DNA of 64,000 nt, taken from assembly GCA_017465745.1 (NCBI GenBank), contig JAFTVM010000005.1, positions 20,628 through 84,627 on the forward strand. The letters run 5' to 3'. Source of the DNA: Oscillospiraceae bacterium (GTDB lineage Bacteria; Bacillota; Clostridia; Oscillospirales; Oscillospiraceae). Of this stretch, positions 13,330 through 21,040 are shown piece by piece (position 1 is the first letter of the stretch; each line of letters opens with the position of its first letter). Made by a program: the position numbers and the translations under genes. Under the pieces are notes generated by a model, which ran no database searches, was not told where the DNA came from, and saw only the letters and a program-made list of their open reading frames with translations.

Positions 13330-14748
13330 TCAGAATCTGAAGTCGCGCTGGCCGTTTTCGATCTTTTCCAGACGCTCAATGACGATCTCACGGGTTCTGT
13401 CTCTGGGGATGTCGCCGATATTGGCCTGGATCAGGGCCTCACCGACCTCCTTGGTCTCGGGACGGGCGTAGTCCATCAGGTACTCCTTCAGGGTCATCAG
13501 GGCGTTGGGCAGGCAGCAGTTGTTGATCTGGCCGGACTTGCACAGCTGCATGAACCGGTCGCCGGTGCGGCCCTCGCGATAGCAGGCGGTGCAGAAGGAG
13601 GGGATGTAGCCCATCTCCATGAGCCACTTGACGATCTCGTCCAGGGTCCGGTGGTCGGACAGGTCAAACTGGGAGGTGGATTCATCATAATGCTCAGGCT
13701 CGGTGTAGCCGCCGACACTGGTGCGGGAGCCGCCGGAGATCTGGGAGATACCCAGGTGCAGCACCCGCTCGCGGACCTTGGGGCTTTCCCGTGTGGAGAT
13801 GATCATGCCGGTGTAGGGCACGGCCACACGGATGACGGCCACGATCTTCTCGAAGATCTCGTCGGAGATGCCGTTGTCGAATTCGCCGGGGTTGATGTCG
13901 TCGGCGGGGCACAGGCGGGGCACGGAAATGGTGTGGGGGCCCACGCCGAAGACGGCTTCCAGATGTTCGGCGTGCATCAGCAGACCCGCCAGCTCATAGC
14001 GGTACAGCTCCAGGCCGAAGAGGACGCCCAGACCCACATCGTCGATGCCCGCCTCCATGGCCCGGTCGTGGGCCTCGGTGTGGTAAGCGTAGTTGCTCTT
14101 GGGGCCGGTGGGATGGAGCTTTTCATAGCTTTCCTTGTGGTAGGTCTCCTGGAAGAGGATGTAGGTGCCGATGCCGGCTTCCTTCAGCTTCCGGTAGTCC
14201 TCCACGGTGGTTGCAGCGATATTGACGTTGACGCGGCGGATGGCGCCGTTCTTATGCTTGATGGAGTAGATGGTCTTGATGGACTCCAAGATGTATTCCA
14301 GAGGATTGTTCCTTGGATCCTCGCCGGCTTCCAGCGCCAGACGCTTGTGACCCATATCCTGCAGGGCGATGACTTCCGCCTTGATTTCCTCCTGGGTCAG
14401 CTTCTTGCGGGGGATATGCTTGTTCTGGCGATGATAGGGGCAGTAGGTGCAGCCGTTGATGCAGTAGTTGCTCAGGTACAGGGGGGCAAACATGACGATG
14501 CGGTTGCCGTAGAAGTCCTTCTTGATCTGCTCGGCCAGCTTGTAGACCTCCTGGTTTTTGTCCTCCAGCTCGCAGGCGAGCAATACGGAGGCCTCCCGGT
14601 GGGTCAGCCCCTTGTAGGTCTTTGCCTTGGCGATGATGGAATCAATGAGGGCCGCGTCGGTCTTGTGGGCGTCGGCATAGGCCAGGGAATCCAGGATCTC
14701 CTGATGGTCGATAAATTCCTCCGCCTTCATGGATTTGGGATTGTACAT
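13330..14748 (-). CDS. hydG: [FeFe]-hydrogenase maturase HydG (radical SAM)
   Basis: CINGCTYC radical-SAM motif and C-terminal SFCTACYR...NCC auxiliary-cluster motif. Confidence 0.97.
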   Translation of the reverse strand: MYNPKSMKAEEFIDHQEILDSLAYADAHKTDAALIDSIIAKAKTYKGLTHREASVLLACELEDKNQEVYKLAEQIKKDFYGNRIVMFAPLYLSNYCINGCTYCPYHRQNKHIPRKKLTQEEIKAEVIALQDMGHKRLALEAGEDPRNNPLEYILESIKTIYSIKHKNGAIRRVNVNIAATTVEDYRKLKEAGIGTYILFQETYHKESYEKLHPTGPKSNYAYHTEAHDRAMEAGIDDVGLGVLFGLELYRYELAGLLMHAEHLEAVFGVGPHTISVPRLCPADDINPGEFDNGISDEIFEKIVAVIRVAVPYTGMIISTRESPKVRERVLHLGISQISGGSRTSVGGYTEPEHYDESTSQFDLSDHRTLDEIVKWLMEMGYIPSFCTACYREGRTGDRFMQLCKSGQINNCCLPNALMTLKEYLMDYARPETKEVGEALIQANIGDIPRDRTREIVIERLEKIENGQRDFRF

Positions 14749-14787
14749 AATATTCTTCCTTTCTTATGGGTCAGCTTCGCTTTCCCG

Positions 14788-15834
14788 TTAGATTCTCGTA
14801 ATATGATCTCCCCGGCTGACTACCACCCGGTAGCCGATGGAGGCGATCCGCTTCGCCAGAGCGTCCCGGCTCTGGGCGGCTTCCTCACCGGTGCTGATTT
14901 TATTGTTATAGAGGGTGTACTTCTTCCGCACCGCCACGGGCGACAGGTTGGGCATACACACATTGGCGCCCGCCAGGATCCCCTGTTCCCTGCCCTCGGG
15001 ATGAATGGTCCCCAGGGCCGTGGTGGCCGGCAGGAGGACCTGGGGCAGCATCAGGCGGATAATCCCCAGCAGGTACAAAGTCAGCTCCAGACTGCCCTGA
15101 GGGGCGTCCCGGAGAGGGGTATCGCAGTGGGGAATGAAGGGGCCGATGCCCACCATCTGGGGTTGAAACTCGTGGAGGAAGAGCAGGTCCTTCGCGATGC
15201 AGTCCGTGGTCTGGCCGGGAGCGCCCACCATGAAGCCGCAGCCCACCTGGTAGCCGATGTCCTTCAGATCCCGCAGGCACCGCATCCGGTTTTCAAGGGT
15301 AAGATTTTTCGGGTGCAGGCTGGCATAGTGAGCCGCGTCCGCCGTTTCGTGGCGCAGCAGATACCGGTCTGCCCCGGCATCATGCCAGCGCTGATAGACC
15401 TCCCGGGGGTGCTCGCCCACGGAGAGCGTCAGCGCGCATTCCGGGTGCTGCGCCTTGATGGCGCGCACCAGGTCCTCGATCCGCGCCGGGGTATACCAGG
15501 GGTCCTCCCCCCCCTGGAGCACGAAGGTACGGTAGCCCAGCTCCCAGCCCTCCCGGCAGCAGTCCAGAATCTCTTCCTTGCTCAGGCGGTAGCGCTGGGC
15601 GTTCTGATTGCCGCAGCGGATGCCGCAGTAGAGGCAGTTATTCTTGCAGTAATTGGTAAATTCAATGAGGCCCCGGATATAGACATCCTTGCAGTAATGG
15701 CGGTGGCGAACCTCCCTGGCCCGTTCAAAGAGGTACTGGGCCAGCTCCGGGGTACGGCCATCGATGAGGGCCACAAATTCTTCCCGGCTGAGTACGCCCT
15801 CCCGCTCCAGCCTGTCGATCAGCGTCCTCATCAT
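14788..15834 (-). CDS. hydE: [FeFe]-hydrogenase maturase HydE (radical SAM)
   Basis: RGLIEFTNYCKNNCLYC, YLLRHET, PATTAL, GANVCMPN and YxLY motifs. Confidence 0.96.
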   Translation of the reverse strand: MMRTLIDRLEREGVLSREEFVALIDGRTPELAQYLFERAREVRHRHYCKDVYIRGLIEFTNYCKNNCLYCGIRCGNQNAQRYRLSKEEILDCCREGWELGYRTFVLQGGEDPWYTPARIEDLVRAIKAQHPECALTLSVGEHPREVYQRWHDAGADRYLLRHETADAAHYASLHPKNLTLENRMRCLRDLKDIGYQVGCGFMVGAPGQTTDCIAKDLLFLHEFQPQMVGIGPFIPHCDTPLRDAPQGSLELTLYLLGIIRLMLPQVLLPATTALGTIHPEGREQGILAGANVCMPNLSPVAVRKKYTLYNNKISTGEEAAQSRDALAKRIASIGYRVVVSRGDHITRI

Positions 15835-16082
15835 GTGCTCACCTTGGCGTAGAGGGTCTTGGCGCTGACTCCGGGGAGCTGTCCAACTTTTCCGGCCAGC
15901 GTGCTGATGGCGTCGCCGGGGGCATCCAGCACCACGCTGATGACGCTGATCCCCCGCTCCCGATGGGGTAGGCCCATGCGGCCGATGATGAATTCACCGT
16001 ATTCGTGGAGCAGGCGGTTCAGAGGCTCCACCGCCTCCGGCGCTTCCACCACGATCCCAAGCAATGCAATTCTGTTTTCCAT
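15831..16082 (-). CDS. TM1266-family iron-only hydrogenase system putative regulator (ACT/NikR-C-like fold)
   Basis: MENRIALLGIVVE...LLHEYGEFIIGRMGLP; first gene of the hyd maturation operon; GGAAAGGA RBS. Confidence 0.88.
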   Translation of the reverse strand: MENRIALLGIVVEAPEAVEPLNRLLHEYGEFIIGRMGLPHRERGISVISVVLDAPGDAISTLAGKVGQLPGVSAKTLYAKVST

Positions 16083-16217
16083 ATGCGTTTTCCTTTCCGG
16101 GACATCAAAAAAGACGCCCCAAAAACGGGACGTCAAAGCACCCACTCACGGCGGGCGAAAATCTATGGCATCCCTTTCCCGTCAGGGTCTCCCCTTTCAG
16201 GTCAGCAAATCTTTTGC
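16083..16217 (-). ncRNA. Candidate structured cis-regulatory leader RNA (riboswitch/attenuator-like), family not recognised
   Basis: Lies between promoter and RBS; has tandem CTGAC-NN-GAAAGGG units, hairpins and a terminator. Confidence 0.45.
16107..16134 (-). terminator. Intrinsic terminator (attenuator) inside the hyd operon 5' leader
   Basis: Minus strand GACGTCCC-GTTTTT-GGGGCGTC-TTTTTT, ending about 25 nt upstream of the first start codon and downstream of the promoter. Confidence 0.75.
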
Positions 16218-16223
16218 ATCTTC

Positions 16224-16252
16224 AGTTTACCACAGACGATGATAATTGTAAA
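16224..16252 (-). promoter_or_regulatory. Putative sigma-A promoter of the hyd maturation operon
   Basis: Minus strand TTTACA-17 nt-TAAACT with an extended TG. Confidence 0.65.
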
Positions 16253-16255
16253 GTG

Positions 16256-16282
16256 GGAGTTGGTGACCAGGTCACCAACTCC
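16256..16282. repeat. Perfect 13+1+13 inverted repeat
   Basis: GGAGTTGGTGACC-A-GGTCACCAACTCC. Confidence 0.85.
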
Positions 16283-16288
16283 TGCCAT

Positions 16289-16636
16289 TCAAATCTTTTC
16301 TTCCCATTCCTTCTCCCGGAAGCCGGTGAGGACGAAGTCATCTCCGATGACCAGGGGACGCTTGACCAGCATACCGTCGCTGGCCAGCAGCCGCAGCTGC
16401 TCTTCCTCGGACATGTTGGGCAACTTGTCTTTCAGCTCCAGGGCGCGGTAAATCATGCCGCTGGTGTTGAAGAATTTCTTCAGCGGCAGACCGCTCATTT
16501 CATGCCAGGCTTTCAGCTCTTCGTAGGTGGGGTTATGCTCCTTAATGTGGCGGTCGGTGTAGGCAACGCTCCGGGCATCCAGCCACTTCTTTGCCTTCTG
16601 GCAGGTGGAACAGGGGGGATATTGGATAAACAGCAT
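16289..16636 (-). CDS. ArsC/Spx/MgsR-family thioredoxin-fold protein
   Basis: CSTCQKAKKWL CxxC motif, FFNTSG and LVKRP. Confidence 0.92.
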   Translation of the reverse strand: MLFIQYPPCSTCQKAKKWLDARSVAYTDRHIKEHNPTYEELKAWHEMSGLPLKKFFNTSGMIYRALELKDKLPNMSEEEQLRLLASDGMLVKRPLVIGDDFVLTGFREKEWEEKI

Positions 16637-16658
16637 GGTGATTCGCTCCTTGTCGCAT

Positions 16659-17153
16659 TTATTTATTGATTACGGGGATTCTTTTTGCCATGCGGACAAC
16701 ACGACCGAATCCGACGATTACGTAATCAAAAGAGATCAGTTTTTTCCTATCCGCACTGTACAGGCAGATCGACAACGCGTCGCCGTGGGCGTCTCTTCTG
16801 ACCTTCTTATACGCAACCTCTTCCCAGTATACTTCAATTTCTCTTCTAAAGCAGAGGATATAATACGTCGTTTTCAGTTTGCTTTTATCCACACAGCAAC
16901 GGTAGGAGAGATATGTGGGAAGCATCAGCAGCGCCAACAGCCCCAGGGCACCAAATATCATCCCAACATCAGGATCCTGAATGGGAACCGCCAGGAACCA
17001 GCCCATTCCGATTCCGATCACAGCCACGGCCATAGCACTATACTGGCATCCCTTTGCAATACGCCCAACAAATGCGCCGGAGGAAAGGTTGTTTTCCTCC
17101 CCTTTTCGCAGGTTGTTCAGGTATTCAGACAGCATCCTCGAAGTGTAATTCAC
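16659..17153 (-). CDS. Hypothetical membrane protein (two TM plus soluble beta-rich C-terminus)
   Basis: 164-aa ORF with GGAGGAGG RBS and two hydrophobic helices; lower GC than its neighbours by eye. Confidence 0.65.
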   Translation of the reverse strand: MNYTSRMLSEYLNNLRKGEENNLSSGAFVGRIAKGCQYSAMAVAVIGIGMGWFLAVPIQDPDVGMIFGALGLLALLMLPTYLSYRCCVDKSKLKTTYYILCFRREIEVYWEEVAYKKVRRDAHGDALSICLYSADRKKLISFDYVIVGFGRVVRMAKRIPVINK

Positions 17154-17220
17154 CGCTCCACCTCCTCCGTAATATCATACCATGCACTCAGAGGAAATGC
17201 AAGAAAAGCAACTCAATCAG

Positions 17221-17252
17221 AAAAAGCGCATTGCTTTCGCAATGCGCTTTTT
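17221..17252 (-). terminator. Terminator directly after the duplicated tRNA-Trp 3' end (probably the original tRNA terminator)
   Basis: AAAAAGCGCATTGC-TTTC-GCAATGCGCTTTTT. Confidence 0.85.
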
Positions 17253-17253
17253 C

Positions 17254-17276
17254 TGGCAGGGGCACAAGGACTTGAA
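17254..17276 (-). repeat. att-like direct repeat: copy of the last 23 nt of tRNA-Trp
   Basis: TGGCAGGGGCACAAGGACTTGAA, identical to 20220-20242. Confidence 0.95.
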
Positions 17277-17479
17277 TTGCCCTGGGAACTCGCTTTCTTC
17301 AACTTTTGTTAACCACAGAGTACAAAACCAATGCGTTTCCCGAACATTTTCATCCCCAATTTAACCACCTATTACCACCCCTTATCACCCCCGTAAGGGA
17401 AAACATAAGGGAAAACTTTAGGCCGTATAGCAGGTACACATAAGAATCGGACATTTCATTCAACAAATCGGAGGTCAAT

Positions 17480-17761
17480 ATGGACAAGTTTTATGATGTA
17501 CTGAAGCAGCACATTGCTGACCACCAGCCGAACTTCGGCAACGGCAATTCTGTACTTACCATGCTCTACGAAGCCTACAGCGAATGCAACCGCCTAGACG
17601 ATGACCGGATCAAGGCAGATTTCTACGAACTGTACCGCCAGATGAACGGCCTGGATCTGCGGGACATGGATCACATCCTCGATCCCGTCTGCTCCCTCTG
17701 CCGAGATCATGAACGGGCTGGTTTCATCGTGGGGATTAAAATTGGCATGATGCTTGCATAA
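17480..17761 (+). CDS. Small helical hypothetical protein (ends GFIVGIKIGMMLA, DUF6809-like pattern)
   Basis: GGAGG RBS, 93 aa, followed by a terminator. The family call is tentative. Confidence 0.7.
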   Translation: MDKFYDVLKQHIADHQPNFGNGNSVLTMLYEAYSECNRLDDDRIKADFYELYRQMNGLDLRDMDHILDPVCSLCRDHERAGFIVGIKIGMMLA

Positions 17762-17782
17762 GAATTAGGATAACTTCGATGC

Positions 17783-17810
17783 AAGAGGGGGCGCTGACTC
17801 CCCCTCTTTT
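17783..17810. terminator. Terminator hairpin between the convergent islet genes
   Basis: AAGAGGGGG-N8-CCCCCTCTTTT. Confidence 0.75.
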
Positions 17811-17828
17811 GCTTTTATCCTTATAAAC

Positions 17829-19157
17829 TTATTTTCTATATTCTCTTAGCACCCATACGATTCCAAAAACCACAAATAACCCCGTTACCACCCAAAATGC
17901 AATATTGAACGGCAAACCAAACTCAGCTTGCAAGACTTGAAGCGTTTGAGCGCTTCCCAGCATAGCAAGCACATATAACAAAACATTCATCAACCTTCCA
18001 TTGCTTGTGCTCTGCCGATCGTACTTAATTCGTAACGCTTGCACCTTAAAATCAATGGCTTGCTTGTATCTCTTAAACGATACAGTCTCTTTTAGATTGC
18101 CTATCATATTTAGTGTGATAATCGGAACTTGTGCTGGATAGAACAGACTCTCTACATAAATCTGGTTATCGATAATACTGTCTAATTTATGGTTCACCTC
18201 GTAATCTATTATCATTCTCAACAGCAAATAGACCTTAAACGACTCCAGCATCATACAATCAAATAGGATTCTGTTGATGTCGTCGCTCTTAACTTGTGTT
18301 ACTACGCCCAAATACTCCGTTGAGTAAAATCTAAAAGCATCAGTTGCGGAGATATTGGTGATTTCAAATTCTTCGAGCTGCGCTCCAAGTACTTTTGGAA
18401 AATAGTCATTTACCTTGTCTATTTCATTTGACATGACCAAAATGTTATGTACATAAGAGAAGTTGTCCGGCTCCCACTTTCCTTTACAGGCTCGCTTTAT
18501 GAATCCGTAGACATTCTCGAAAACAACGTCCGCAATTTTTCTGTTATCATCCGAAAATTCCGTTTCGTTAAAGTATCTAATTCGACTAATCGGCTGTATC
18601 CCATAGTTATTGCTTCTTCCGTATATCGCCTTATGTCCAAGCGGAACGCCACTGTCAAAATCAATCAGTTCAAAGTTTACTATTAGTGATTCGTTCATCA
18701 TAAACGCAACAGGATCAACTTGCAAAGTCTTTGATCCTATCATGACTAGAAAGCTCTCCATATTGAAAAACATTGAAATATTAACTTGCGAACAGTCCAA
18801 GAGCGCATTTGCAGAATGATGATGTGAAAGCGTTGTCATCATTTCTTCTACAAATCGAGGATTATTCTCTTTTATTCCAACAATGTTTTCATCGAAGTGA
18901 AACGCCGACACTTGTTTTAGCGCATCGTATTCTACGGTATATTTGCATTTGGCATCGGGAGACACATATGCATTGCCATGAGAAATACCCGCAATATGGA
19001 ATTGATTTAAGAGGTTCTTTCTTTTATTCCGTTGCCAGAAACGAGCAAAGTGATGCTTAAATTTATGGATATTATATGCTGTCATGAATACAACGGTATC
19101 CTGAATCTCTTTTTTATCTTTTTCCATTCTTTTTACAATCTTTTTCTTCTTTGGCAT
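17829..19157 (-). CDS. Hypothetical 442-aa protein: large soluble domain, stalk helix and two C-terminal TM helices (CorA-like architecture)
   Basis: TAAGGAGA RBS; long AT-rich ORF; C-terminus RLMNVLLYVLAMLG...NIAFWVVTGLFVVFGIVWVLREYRK. Confidence 0.8.
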   Translation of the reverse strand: MPKKKKIVKRMEKDKKEIQDTVVFMTAYNIHKFKHHFARFWQRNKRKNLLNQFHIAGISHGNAYVSPDAKCKYTVEYDALKQVSAFHFDENIVGIKENNPRFVEEMMTTLSHHHSANALLDCSQVNISMFFNMESFLVMIGSKTLQVDPVAFMMNESLIVNFELIDFDSGVPLGHKAIYGRSNNYGIQPISRIRYFNETEFSDDNRKIADVVFENVYGFIKRACKGKWEPDNFSYVHNILVMSNEIDKVNDYFPKVLGAQLEEFEITNISATDAFRFYSTEYLGVVTQVKSDDINRILFDCMMLESFKVYLLLRMIIDYEVNHKLDSIIDNQIYVESLFYPAQVPIITLNMIGNLKETVSFKRYKQAIDFKVQALRIKYDRQSTSNGRLMNVLLYVLAMLGSAQTLQVLQAEFGLPFNIAFWVVTGLFVVFGIVWVLREYRK

Positions 19158-19360
19158 AGTATCTCCTTAGATGTGAATTAACCGTCCACCATACTTTGAT
19201 TCATCTTCATCAGTCCAGCAACACACTCAGTTTCGGTGTTCAAATCACCCTAGAAACTGACAGCTTGCATAACTTCCTTGTCGTTTACTGGTGGGTAGTG
19301 AACAAATCGAGGATAATTCCGAGTTTCGGATTGGACACATCCGCTATTCTTAGATCATTA

Positions 19361-20013
19361 TTACCATCTGGCTCTTCTGCATCTAAAATGCATTCGGGGC
19401 AAACCTGCTTCGACGCATATTTTAGAGAACTTTTTCAGAATCTCATCCCGCTTAGAATTAAGCCATTCCGCAAGGCGATAGTCATGGAAGCAATAAAAAA
19501 CATCTTCGCCGTTGTCATGTCTATAATACGCCTCTTTAGATGCCGCAAAATCTAATCGATTCTTAATTGCTGCAATCCCTTCTGCAACCTCGTCTAAGGT
19601 CTCTCTCCAACTTTGGTTATGGATTGTAGTTTTACCATCGGCCTTTTTCAAAACCGTACCGTCACGGGATTTCAGAACACCAGTGGTGAGAGCAATCAAT
19701 GTATCTTCCATCGCTTGCTCAAAATTCTCCATACTGCATTCAATTCGAATATCATCCTGGAAAGCAGGCCGATCAAAGCATTGCTGATAAAACCTGAGCA
19801 ATTCAACATCCTGTTCCTCAGGCGTTTTCTGAGAATTCAACTCATTTCTTGCAGCTACGATCTGGCTCAAAGCATCCACAAAGCTATCAATATCTTGGAT
19901 TATGTCAGAAGCTGTGAAAGGGTATGGTATTGTATCTTTTCCATCAAACGACAAACTGTTGACCAACTCGTCGGACAGGTATAATCCCGGCGCTGTCGTT
20001 CTGTATCAGCCAT
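19361..20013 (-). CDS. Hypothetical protein; either a TTG start at 19966 or frameshifted from ATG 20013
   Basis: 201-aa open frame at 19361-19966. The best RBS (GAAAGGGG) precedes an out-of-frame ATG at 20013. Confidence 0.65.
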
Positions 20014-20181
20014 CTTTAGTAACCCCTTTCAAATTGGTATGTATGCCATTCTGCTATTACAAAGTTTATTACAATGTTTATTACAGATTGGTGGGGACTG
20101 GTTAACACTAATAGTACCACAGGTCGGGCTGTTTGTCGAACAGTTGTTCTGTTATTGTGCAATTTTTGTGAAAAGTAAAAC

Positions 20182-20210
20182 AAAAATGCCGCCCTTTCGG
20201 ACGACATTTT
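20182..20210 (-). terminator. Islet-provided terminator after tRNA-Trp
   Basis: Minus strand AAAATGTCGTCC-GAAA-GGGCGGCATTTTT. Confidence 0.75.
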
Positions 20211-20219
20211 GTGCAAAAG

Positions 20220-20295
<76 letters not shown>

Positions 20296-20332
20296 ATATG
20301 CAGTTATGTGAAAGGCTTTCGCCTGAAAACTC

Positions 20333-20409
20333 TGGTGGGCCTTCAGGGATTCGAACCCGGGACTATCCGGTTATGAGCCGGAGGCTCTAACCAACTGAGC
20401 TAAAGGCCC
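20333..20409 (-). tRNA. tRNA with CAT anticodon, most likely tRNA-Ile2 (lysidine)
   Basis: GGGCCTTTAGCTCAGTTGGTTAGAGCCTCCGGCTCATAACCGGA...GGTTCGAATCC...CCA. Acceptor and anticodon stems resemble Firmicute Ile2 and lack the initiator features. Confidence 0.9.
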
Positions 20410-20445
20410 ATAGTAGCGCGGGTGCGGAGCACCATCACGAGGGTT

Positions 20446-20474
20446 ATCTTACCACGGATGGAGCCGTTTGTCAA
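20446..20474 (-). promoter_or_regulatory. Sigma-A promoter of the tRNA pair
   Basis: Minus strand TTGACA-17 nt-TAAGAT with an extended TG and an A-rich upstream tract. Confidence 0.75.
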
Positions 20475-20502
20475 GCTTTTTCTTCACAATTTTTCGGAAA
20501 TA

Positions 20503-20526
20503 CCGGGCGTGCTTTCGCACGCCCGG
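20503..20526 (-). terminator. Terminator of the efp operon
   Basis: CCGGGCGTGC-GAAA-GCACGCCCGG followed by TATTT. Confidence 0.7.
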
Positions 20527-20539
20527 CGGAAGTTCACGA

Positions 20540-20998
20540 TTACTCCTCGTCCTCGTCTTCCAGAGAGAACTCCAGGGTCTCGCCGCAGTCGGGGCAGATG
20601 ATGGAGCCTGCTTCCAGGGTCTCCTCGTCGAAGTCAATGACGCTGCCGCATGCGCAGGTCACGGAATAGATGGTGGTCTCCTCGTCGCCGAAATCGAAGC
20701 CCTCTTCATAGTCTTCGTCCTCGTCCCACTCGTCGTCCTCATCCTCATCGTCGTACTCGTCGTCCCAGTCGTAGTCCTCATCCATGATGAAGTCTTCGAT
20801 GGCATCCAGATCCTCTTCGATCTCGTCCAGCTCGTCAGAGATGGCGATGGTGGTATCCTCGATGTCGGTGACCTTGCGGGCCAGGTCGCCCAGCATGTCA
20901 ACGATGGCGGCGATCATCTTGCCTTCGTCGGACTCGGTGTTCAGCTTCATGCCGTCCATCAGGCCCTTCAGGTAGGCGGACTTTTCAGAAATCGTCAT
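20540..20998 (-). CDS. CD1247-N-domain protein with an acidic linker and C-terminal zinc ribbon
   Basis: EKSAYLKGLMDG N-terminus, D/E-rich tract and CACG...CPDCG; conserved position after efp in Clostridia. Confidence 0.85.
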   Translation of the reverse strand: MTISEKSAYLKGLMDGMKLNTESDEGKMIAAIVDMLGDLARKVTDIEDTTIAISDELDEIEEDLDAIEDFIMDEDYDWDDEYDDEDEDDEWDEDEDYEEGFDFGDEETTIYSVTCACGSVIDFDEETLEAGSIICPDCGETLEFSLEDEDEE

Positions 20999-21040
20999 AA
21001 TCAATTCTCCTTTTGCCTTATCGGCAGGTTTGCTTGAAAC

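Noticed and set aside
12116-16082. Maturases without a hydrogenase as a novel system
   Set aside because: hydEFG are commonly unlinked from hydA in Clostridia, so absence from this window is uninformative.
17254-17290. Second tRNA-Trp gene
   Set aside because: Only the 3' 23 nt are present, so this is an att remnant.
19207-19330. Canonical hammerhead ribozyme
   Set aside because: CUGAUGA and GAAA are present, but stems II and III cannot be closed in type I, II or III topology. Kept only as a structured-RNA candidate.
17277-20219. Prophage, ICE or retron
   Set aside because: No integrase, structural, conjugation or reverse-transcriptase motifs in any ORF.
20690-20800. TCN trinucleotide-like repeat tract
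   Set aside because: It simply encodes the Asp/Glu-rich linker of the CD1247-family protein.
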